NCBI GenBank assembly: GCA_002347815.1
Contig: DDXV01000018.1
Location: forward strand, 9,581-73,580
Origin: Syntrophaceae bacterium UBA2251
GTDB lineage: Bacteria > Desulfobacterota > Syntrophia > Syntrophales > UBA2251
DNA length: 64,000 bases
Direction of reading: 5' to 3'
Both the position numbers and the translations under genes were made by a program. The notes under the pieces were generated by a model. The model made no database searches. It was not told the DNA's origin and saw only the letters and a list, made by a program, of their open reading frames with translations. Shown one piece after another: positions 57,160-64,000 of this stretch (position 1 is the first letter of the stretch; each line of letters opens with the position of its first letter).

Positions 57160-57627
57160 ATGGCCGAAAAACTGCGCTTGAAGAAATATACCAACAGACG
57201 CCTGTACGACACCGAGAGAAGCGCCTACGTGACCCTGGACGACGTCATGCAGGTCATCCGGCAGGGGCGTCGCGTGGAAGTCGTCGATGCAAAAACCGCC
57301 GAAGACGTCACGGCCTTCACGCTCACCCAGATCATCCTGGAGGAATCCAGGAAAAAAAACAGCCTGCTGCCGGTTCCCCTGCTGCACCTGATCATTCAGT
57401 ACGGTGAAACCGTTCTGGTCGAATTCTTCGACCACTATCTCGAGCAGACGTTGAAGAACTACCTCTCCTACAAGCTGGCGGCGGACGAACAGTTTCGGAA
57501 ATGGCTCAGCCTCGGGATGGACCTCTCCAAGATGACCCAGACGTCGATCGCGTCGCTCCCAGCCTTCCAGTCCTTTTTCGACCTCTTTCACGACACGGAC
57601 AAACCCGCCGGCAAGGGGGAGGCCTGA
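57160..57627 (+). CDS. phaR: PHA synthesis repressor PhaR
   Basis: The N-terminal LKKYTNRRLYDTERSAYVTLDDV is the hallmark PhaR DNA-binding motif. 155 aa. Confidence 0.9.
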   Translation: MAEKLRLKKYTNRRLYDTERSAYVTLDDVMQVIRQGRRVEVVDAKTAEDVTAFTLTQIILEESRKKNSLLPVPLLHLIIQYGETVLVEFFDHYLEQTLKNYLSYKLAADEQFRKWLSLGMDLSKMTQTSIASLPAFQSFFDLFHDTDKPAGKGEA

Positions 57628-57706
57628 ACCCCTCCCAGGGCGAAACGATTCGGAGACGATCCAGCCCCGGGGCCGGAGGTCGTCCCGGACGGGCGCCGAT
57701 ATTCGA

Positions 57707-57735
57707 TTGACAAGCCCCGCCGACCTTTTTATAGT
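57707..57735 (+). promoter_or_regulatory. candidate sigma70-type promoter of the CoA-transferase gene
   Basis: TTGACA (57707-57712), a 17-nt spacer, then TATAGT (57730-57735). Confidence 0.55.
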
Positions 57736-57789
57736 TCCTCACCGACCGGGAAAAGAAATCGCTTCAGGAGATCCCTCAAGGAGGAGGCC

Positions 57790-59769
57790 ATGCCGGACAT
57801 TCAGCACCCCCTGCACCGGGACCTCACCGCGGGCATGCGGCGAGGCAAGATCGTCAGCATCGAGGAGGCCGTCGATCTCATTCAGGACAACGATGTGATC
57901 GGCTTCAACGGCATCATCGGGATCGGCTGTCCCGACGAGATCATCTGCGCCCTGGAGAAGAAGTTTCTCGAAACGGGCCATCCCCGGGACCTCACGTTCT
58001 TCTACGCCTCCACCCTGGGAGACGGCAAGGAGATGGGCCTGCAGCACCTTGCGCACGAAGGCCTGGTCAAAAAGGTCATCGGCGGTCATTTCGGCAAGAC
58101 CCCCAAGCTCACCCAGCTGGCCCTGGACGGGAAAATCGAAGGCTACAACCTGCCGCAGGGCGTCCTGTCCGTCATGATCCGGGACATCGCCGGCGGCCGC
58201 CCCCGGACGATCACCAAGGTCGGGCTGGGAACCTTCGTGGACCCCCGGTGCGGCGGAGGGAAGCTTAACGCGATCACGCGGGAGGACCTCGTGGAGGTGA
58301 TCGCCTTCGACGGCCAGGAATATCTCGCTTACAAACCTCCCAAGCTCAACATCGCCATCATCAAGGCGACGACCGCCGATCTCGAGGGCAATATCGGCTT
58401 CGAGAAGGAGCCCCTGTATCTGGACGCCCTCTCCCTCGCCACGGCGGCGAAGAACTGCGGCGGTTTCGTCCTGGTTCAGGTCGAGGGCATCGCCGAGCGG
58501 GGCGCGCTGCCGATGCGCAGCGTGATCATCCCCGGCGCCCTCGTGGACTGCGTCGCCGTCGTCACGAACGCGGAGCGCCACCGCCAGACGGCGGCCACCC
58601 TCTACAATCCGGCCTACGCCCATCAATACCGGATTCCCGTGGCCCTGGTGCCCCCCATTCCCCTGAACGAGCGCAAGATCATCGCCCGCCGGGCCGCGTT
58701 CGAGCTCAAGCCCAACAGCATCGTCAACCTGGGCATCGGCGTACCGGAATCCATCTCCAGCGTGGCGGCGGAAGAGGGAATCCAGGAATACCTGACCCTG
58801 ACATCCGAACCGGGCATCATCGGGGGCGTACCCGCCGGCGGCGGGGATTTCGGCGCCGCCGTCAACGTGGACGCCCTGATCACCATGAGCCACCAGTTCG
58901 ATTTCTACGACGGCGGCGGTCTGGACGTGGCCTTTCTGGGCCTGGCCGAGGCCGACGAGGCGGGCAACCTGAACGTCAGCCGTTTCGGCCCCAGGATCGC
59001 CGGGTGCGGGGGCTTCATCGACATCAGCCAGAACGCCCGGAAGGTGGTGTTCATGGGGACCTTCACCGCCGGCGGCCTGAAGATCGACGTCCGCGACGGC
59101 GAGCTGAAGATCGTCCAGGAGGGGAAGGTGCGGAAGTTCGTCAAGCAGGTGGAGGAGGTCACCTTTTCCGGCGCCGTGGCCGCGGCGGACCGAAAGTACG
59201 TTCTCTACATCACGGAGCGCTGCGTCTTCAGGTTGACACCCGAGGGCCTGGAACTCATCGAGGTGGCGCCGGGCATCGACGTGGAGCGGGACATCGTGGG
59301 GCAGATGGACTTCAAGCCCGTCATCCGCCAGGCCCCCCGCCTGATGGACCGCCGCCTGTTCAAACCCGTGCCCATGGAGCTCAAGAAGGACCTCCTGGAC
59401 ATCCCAATCGTGAATCGCCTGCTCTACCAGCCGGAGGACAACCTCTTCTTCGTCAATTTCGAGGGCCTGGCGATCCGGAGCCGGGAGCAGATCGACGAGA
59501 TCCGCGCGGCGGTGTCCGCCGTCATGGAGCCCCTGGGAAAGAGGGTTCGCACCATCGTGAACTACGACAATTTCGATCTGAGCCCGGAGCTGGTCGACTA
59601 TTACACGGAAATGGTCAGCTATGTCGTCGGCAGGTATTATGAAAAAGTCAGCCGCTATTCCACGGGGGCGTTCCTGCGCATGAAGCTGGGGGACAAGCTG
59701 AACGAAAGGGGCATGTCGCCCCATATCTATGAAACGCCGGAAGAGGCCCGTCAGGAAATCGACGTGTAG
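57790..59769 (+). CDS. family I acyl-CoA:acetate/3-ketoacid (propionate) CoA-transferase, YdiF/Pct-like, with extra C-terminal ~135 aa
   Basis: Fused alpha/beta CoA-transferase with GIGVPESI and the LTSEPGIIGG catalytic-Glu motif. AGGAGG SD. The sequence continues 135 aa beyond the RLMDRRLF region. Confidence 0.85.
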   Translation: MPDIQHPLHRDLTAGMRRGKIVSIEEAVDLIQDNDVIGFNGIIGIGCPDEIICALEKKFLETGHPRDLTFFYASTLGDGKEMGLQHLAHEGLVKKVIGGHFGKTPKLTQLALDGKIEGYNLPQGVLSVMIRDIAGGRPRTITKVGLGTFVDPRCGGGKLNAITREDLVEVIAFDGQEYLAYKPPKLNIAIIKATTADLEGNIGFEKEPLYLDALSLATAAKNCGGFVLVQVEGIAERGALPMRSVIIPGALVDCVAVVTNAERHRQTAATLYNPAYAHQYRIPVALVPPIPLNERKIIARRAAFELKPNSIVNLGIGVPESISSVAAEEGIQEYLTLTSEPGIIGGVPAGGGDFGAAVNVDALITMSHQFDFYDGGGLDVAFLGLAEADEAGNLNVSRFGPRIAGCGGFIDISQNARKVVFMGTFTAGGLKIDVRDGELKIVQEGKVRKFVKQVEEVTFSGAVAAADRKYVLYITERCVFRLTPEGLELIEVAPGIDVERDIVGQMDFKPVIRQAPRLMDRRLFKPVPMELKKDLLDIPIVNRLLYQPEDNLFFVNFEGLAIRSREQIDEIRAAVSAVMEPLGKRVRTIVNYDNFDLSPELVDYYTEMVSYVVGRYYEKVSRYSTGAFLRMKLGDKLNERGMSPHIYETPEEARQEIDV

Positions 59770-59810
59770 GGACGGCGCAGCGGCGGATGGCCGTTATCCT
59801 GCCTTTATCC

Positions 59811-59839
59811 TTGACAAATCGACGCCCTTCGCTTACTGT
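59811..59839 (+). promoter_or_regulatory. candidate promoter of the patatin gene
   Basis: TTGACA (59811-59816), a 17-nt spacer, then TACTGT (59834-59839). Confidence 0.45.
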
Positions 59840-59871
59840 GGGCGACAAAAACAACCCCGGGATCGAACGCC

Positions 59872-60921
59872 ATGAAGAAGAACCCCGCACGGACGACCGC
59901 TCAAACCGAAAAGAAAAAGATCAATTTAGCACTGCAGGGCGGGGGCGCCCACGGCGCCTTCACCTGGGGCGTTCTGGACCGTCTGCTCGATGACGAGCGC
60001 ATTGAAATCGAAGGCATCGTCGGCACCAGCGCCGGCGCCGTGAACGCCTCCATTCTCGCCTACGGACTGGTCGCGGGCGGACGCAAGAAAGCGCGGGAGC
60101 TGCTGCGCCGGTTTTGGGAATTCAATTCAAAAAACGGGAAGTCCTCCCCGTTTCAACCGACCGTTTTCGACAAGCTCTACGGCAGCAAGGGATCGATGGA
60201 ATTCTCTCCCTGGTGGCAGACGTTCGATATCCTTTCGCGCATGTACTCCCCTTATCAGTGGAATCCCAACGACACGAACGTCTTCCGGGATATCCTGGAA
60301 GAACTGATCGACTTTCCGGTCCTGCAGAAGGCGCGCACCGTCCGGCTGTTCATCTGCGCGACCAATGTTCTGACCGGGCGGCTGAAGGTTTTCGAAAACC
60401 GGGAGATCACGCCGAAGATGATCCTGGCCTCCGCCTGCCTGCCCTACCTGTATCAGGCGCCCGAAATCGACGGGGAGTACTACTGGGACGGCGGTTATAT
60501 GGGCAATCCGCCCATCTTCCCCGTGATCTACAACACGAACTGCCAGGACGTCCTGATCGTCCAGATCAATCCGATCAACATTCACGAGGTGCCCCGGAGC
60601 GCCAACGCCATCTTCGACCGGATCAACACGCTGAGCTTCAACTCCAGCCTCATGCGCGAGATGAGGGCCATCCATTTCGTGACGTCCCTGATCGAAAAGG
60701 GTGAGCTGGATGCGACCAAATACAAGCACACGTTCATCCACACCATCGATGCCGAGGAACAGATGTCCAAGCTGACGGCCTCGAGCAAGATGAATCTGGA
60801 CATGGAATTCCTGAAATACCTGTTCGAGACCGGACGGGAAAAGACCGGGGAATTCCTCGCGAACCACTACGACGAAATCGGCCGGAAATCCTCCACCGAT
60901 CTGGCGGCGAAATTTTTCTGA
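59872..60921 (+). CDS. patatin-like phospholipase/serine hydrolase
   Basis: LQGGGAHGAF oxyanion motif, GTSAG nucleophile elbow, and WDGGY carrying the catalytic Asp. Confidence 0.85.
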   Translation: MKKNPARTTAQTEKKKINLALQGGGAHGAFTWGVLDRLLDDERIEIEGIVGTSAGAVNASILAYGLVAGGRKKARELLRRFWEFNSKNGKSSPFQPTVFDKLYGSKGSMEFSPWWQTFDILSRMYSPYQWNPNDTNVFRDILEELIDFPVLQKARTVRLFICATNVLTGRLKVFENREITPKMILASACLPYLYQAPEIDGEYYWDGGYMGNPPIFPVIYNTNCQDVLIVQINPINIHEVPRSANAIFDRINTLSFNSSLMREMRAIHFVTSLIEKGELDATKYKHTFIHTIDAEEQMSKLTASSKMNLDMEFLKYLFETGREKTGEFLANHYDEIGRKSSTDLAAKFF

Positions 60922-60937
60922 TCCCGGTTAGAACGCG

Positions 60938-62368
60938 TCAGTTCCACACCTCCGGCCGGATCTCCCGGACCTCCCCGAAAGCCGAAAGGGGCCGGTCGAA
61001 TCCGGCCGCGTCCCCCACCACGACCTTGATGAGCTTTTCCGGATGGAGATACCGGCGGGCCACCCTCAGGACGTCCGCCTGCGTCACCTTCGCGATGTTG
61101 GCGCGGTAGTCCTCGAGATACCGGTCGGGATACCCGTAATAGACGATGCGCGCCCGCTGGTTGACCACGCGCTCGGCGTTGGCGAAGCCGAAGATGAAGG
61201 CGTTGACGATGGACTCCTTCGCGAGCGTCAGCTCGGCCTCCGTGACCGGCGCCTTCGTGATGCCGTCCATGATGTCGAGCATCAGGGCGATGGCCCGTCC
61301 CGTGGAAGCCGCCTTGGTCTCGGTCTCGGCGAGGAACGGCCCGGGGAATCTCCGGCCGATCTCGAAGTAGCCGGCGACGTTGTAGGCCAGCCCCTGGTTG
61401 GCGCGGATTTCCCCCATGAGCCGGGAGTTGAGCCCGCCCCCGCCCAGGATGAAGTCCATGACCCGGAGGGCGTAGAGGTCCGGGTTGTCCTTCGTGACGC
61501 CGAGATGCCCCATGCGGATCACCGACTGGGCAAGGTCCTTCTTCACGTAGAGCATGGCCGGCCGCAGGGTCATGTCCGGCCACGGAACGGTCGGAAAGTC
61601 GACCGGCGCGGGCTCCCAGCCGCTGAAGGTGGACTTCAGCCGGGCTTCCAGCTCCGTGCGGTCGATGTCGCCGGAGATCGCGAGCAGGACGTTGTTGGGC
61701 CGGAAGTACCGCCGGTGGAACGCGGCGAGGTCCTCCCGTCCGATCGCCCGGAGGGTGGCGGGGGTTGGGGTGCGGCCGAGGGGATGGCCGCGATAGATGG
61801 CCCGCAGGAGTTCCCGGTCCGCCAGCTCCCGCGGATCGTCGTTCTGCCGGCGGAGCGTCTCCAGGGCCTCCTTGACGGTCTGGTCGAAACGGCGGGCGTC
61901 GAAGGCGGGGCTTCTCATCACCCCGGCGAAGAGCCCCAGGGTGGCCTCGAAGTTCTTGCGGAGCGTTCTCAGGGAAACGGTCCCCAGGTCGTCGCCGGCG
62001 GCGGATTCCACCGCGGAGGCCATGAACTCCAGCTCGGCGTCGAGCACCTCGGGCGTTTTTCCCGCGAAGCCGCCGCGCCGGATCATGGCGCCGGTGAGCG
62101 CCGCCAGGCCGCACTGGTCGGCCGGCTCATAGACGGCGCCGACGCCGACGTAGGCGGTGATCTGGATCAGCGGCAACGCGCGGTCCGTCATGAGGAGGAC
62201 CGTCATCCCGTTGTCCAGGACAAACCGTTCCGGCACCGGGATATCGTACGTCAGGGGCGGAAAGGTCAGGGTCCGGGGATCGACGGGCGGTGCGGCCCCG
62301 AGCGGCGCGGCGGCGAACAGGACCCCGAGGACGACCAGCGCCAGGGCTCGTCTGAGATTTGCCTTCAC
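60938..62368 (-). CDS. secreted M16 peptidase-like protein, non-catalytic subunit type
   Basis: Signal peptide MKANLRRALALVVLGVLFAAAPLGA. M16 fold, but the zinc motif position reads GLAALTGAMIRRG with no HxxEH. Confidence 0.8.
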   Translation of the reverse strand: MKANLRRALALVVLGVLFAAAPLGAAPPVDPRTLTFPPLTYDIPVPERFVLDNGMTVLLMTDRALPLIQITAYVGVGAVYEPADQCGLAALTGAMIRRGGFAGKTPEVLDAELEFMASAVESAAGDDLGTVSLRTLRKNFEATLGLFAGVMRSPAFDARRFDQTVKEALETLRRQNDDPRELADRELLRAIYRGHPLGRTPTPATLRAIGREDLAAFHRRYFRPNNVLLAISGDIDRTELEARLKSTFSGWEPAPVDFPTVPWPDMTLRPAMLYVKKDLAQSVIRMGHLGVTKDNPDLYALRVMDFILGGGGLNSRLMGEIRANQGLAYNVAGYFEIGRRFPGPFLAETETKAASTGRAIALMLDIMDGITKAPVTEAELTLAKESIVNAFIFGFANAERVVNQRARIVYYGYPDRYLEDYRANIAKVTQADVLRVARRYLHPEKLIKVVVGDAAGFDRPLSAFGEVREIRPEVWN

Positions 62369-63849
62369 GGCGCCGCCTCCTTTCTCACGATCGCTCCCAC
62401 CGTCCGGTTTTCCCTCGTGAAGCAGGTTTTCGCCACACGCATCACGTCCGCGGGCGTGACCGCGGCAACCCGCCGGCGATGCTCGATCAGACAGCGCCAG
62501 CTCCCCGTCACCGCCTCGTACTCGGTCAGGAGGTGGGCCAGGCCGCTGTTGGAGGACATCCGGACGACCTCCTCGTATTCCAGCCGGTTCAGCACCTGCT
62601 GAAGTTCCCGCTCCGTGACCGGCTCGATCATGAGGCGTTCGAGTTCCCGCCTGATGGCCTGTTCGACCTCGGCCGGCGGATGCGGGCTGCGCGGCGTCGC
62701 GGCCACGATGAACAGGTTGGGATAGCGGTGGCCGGGGGCGGAGAAGGCGGACACCTCCGTGGCCAGTTCGAGCTCCTGCACGAGCCGGCGGTGCAGCCGC
62801 GAGGTCTTGCCTTCCGCCAGGATCATCTCGATGACGTCGAACACGTCATCATCGGGGTCCGGATAGACCGGTTTGTGGAACCCGATCAGCAGGTGGGACT
62901 CGGAGTCCAGACGAAGGTCGATCCGCTTCTCGCCGGCCTGGGGGGGTTCGTCCACGGCCACGGGCGGCACGTCGACGCCGGGGGGGATGGCGCCGAAATA
63001 CCGTTCCACGAGGGCAATCGTCCGGTCCGGGTCGATGTCCCCGACCACGGCCACCACGGCGTTGTTGGGGGCGTAGTACCGGTGCAGGAACGCCTCCGCC
63101 CGCGTCCGGGTCAGGTTCTCCAGGTCGGACATCCAGCCGATGATCGGCTGGCCGTAGGGGTGGGCGACGAAGGCGGCGGCCAGGAAATTTTCCCAGAGCT
63201 GCCCCTCCGGCTGGGTGTCGTAGGACCGGCGCCGTTCCTCCATGACCACGGCCCGCTCGCTGTAGAACTCGCGGAGCACCGGGTTCATCATCCGGTCCGA
63301 TTCGATGGCGGCCCACAGCTCCAGCTTGTTCGCGGGCAGACTGACCAGATAGGTCGTGCCGTCCTTGCCCGTGAACGCGTTGTAGTCCGTGCCGCCGTTC
63401 CGGGCGTAGATCTCGAAAAACTCCTCCCGGACCGCGTACTGCGCCGCCGCCTTTTCGAGCGCGGCCAGCTCCTCCTCCAGACGGGCGATGCGTTCCCGGT
63501 CGCCCTTCCCGCGCCTGGCCTTTTCCGCCACGAGCCTCTGGGCCGTCGCCTCGATCCTCTCCAGGAGCGGCTTTTCCGCGGCGTAGTCCTTCGTTCCCAG
63601 GGTCTTCGTCCCCTTGAAGAGCATGTGTTCCAGGAGGTGGGCAACGCCCCGTTCGTCGCTGCGCTCGTCCACGCTTCCCACGCGGTAGCGGATCCAGGCC
63701 GAGACCGTCGGCGAGGCGTGGCGCTCCACCATCAGGAGCTTCATCCCGTTCGCGAGCGTGTGCTCCCGGACCGCCTCCTCCAGCCGCTGGGCCGAGGCGG
63801 GAGAGACCGCCGCCAGCAGCAGCAGGGCGACCGCCAGCAGCAGCCGCAT
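62365..63849 (-). CDS. secreted M16 family zinc peptidase, catalytic subunit type
   Basis: Start trimmed to MRLLLAVALLLLAAVSPASA (signal peptide; the track GTG start at 63879 is possible). HxxEH in [14 protein letters not shown]. Its stop overlaps the downstream partner gene by 4 nt. Confidence 0.85.
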   Translation of the reverse strand: MRLLLAVALLLLAAVSPASAQRLEEAVREHTLANGMKLLMVERHASPTVSAWIRYRVGSVDERSDERGVAHLLEHMLFKGTKTLGTKDYAAEKPLLERIEATAQRLVAEKARRGKGDRERIARLEEELAALEKAAAQYAVREEFFEIYARNGGTDYNAFTGKDGTTYLVSLPANKLELWAAIESDRMMNPVLREFYSERAVVMEERRRSYDTQPEGQLWENFLAAAFVAHPYGQPIIGWMSDLENLTRTRAEAFLHRYYAPNNAVVAVVGDIDPDRTIALVERYFGAIPPGVDVPPVAVDEPPQAGEKRIDLRLDSESHLLIGFHKPVYPDPDDDVFDVIEMILAEGKTSRLHRRLVQELELATEVSAFSAPGHRYPNLFIVAATPRSPHPPAEVEQAIRRELERLMIEPVTERELQQVLNRLEYEEVVRMSSNSGLAHLLTEYEAVTGSWRCLIEHRRRVAAVTPADVMRVAKTCFTRENRTVGAIVRKEAAP

Positions 63850-64000
63850 CGCCCCCTTGATCCCTTTCCCGTGTCTCACCGCACCCCCCCCGGAAAATTC
63901 ATCCTGTGCCCCCGATCACCGGGACAAATCCCGGTGTTCCGACGAAACCCCGTCGCCCCGTGGAAGTTCCATCCCGCACGCGCGCACGGGATCCCACCTC

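Noticed and set aside
57739-59724. 661-aa minus-strand ORF
   Set aside because: It is antisense to the CoA-transferase gene, which has a strong AGGAGG SD and family motifs on the + strand.
63850-64000. Possible partial gene at the right edge
   Set aside because: One minus frame is open for ~33 codons ending in TGA, but the translation (EVGSRARVRDGTSTGRRGF...) is uninformative. It is too short to support a call.

Overview
Strongly GC-rich bacterial chromosomal window with about 60 protein genes and one tRNA. I found no rRNA, CRISPR array, transposase, integrase or recognisable defence or toxin cassette. Gene content suggests an anaerobic, Desulfobacterota-like organism: COG1900 homocysteine synthesis, SelA, class III PHA synthase, PilMNOPQ and an EFR1-type ferredoxin.

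Positions 1-39459 are one unbroken minus-strand run of housekeeping genes. In transcription order (from 39459 down to 1): HemN-like radical SAM, selA, rluD, pgeF, rho, rpmE, prfA, prmC, murA, hisD, EFR1-like ferredoxin, MBL hydrolase, tRNA-Gly(CCC), rimP, nusA, infB, DUF503, rbfA, nrnA-like, truB, rpsO, pnp, M16 peptidase, dut, COG1900, ftsB, pilMNOPQ, TPR protein, M24 peptidase, a GcvH paralog, a LipM/LplA-like ligase, hisC, carA and carB. carB is partial, runs off the left edge and is absent from the ORF track.

The remaining 24 kb holds:
- def.
- A polar amino-acid ABC transporter.
- A glycine-cleavage operon: Zn-ribbon protein, gcvT, gcvH, gcvPA, gcvPB, an N-terminally extended KamA-family radical-SAM aminomutase, lipA.
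- A ~9 kb PHA island: phaE, phaC, tandem-GAF protein, phaJ, PhaE-like protein, two phasins, phaR, CoA-transferase, patatin.
- A secreted M16 peptidase pair.

The ORF track uses ATG/GTG/TTG and the longest extension, so several starts were trimmed to internal starts with Shine-Dalgarno support. Many very long ORFs (up to 983 aa) are antisense shadows of real genes and were rejected.

Nothing here is clearly a new system. The most unusual items are:
- The extended KamA-like enzyme embedded between gcvPB and lipA.
- A nested-helix 215-nt spacer splitting gcvPA from gcvPB.
- A PhaC with a histone-like basic tail inside an atypically composed PHA locus.
- Several exact repeat or operator-like elements in AT-rich intergenic islands.

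All calls come from reading the sequence by eye. No searches or folding calculations were run.
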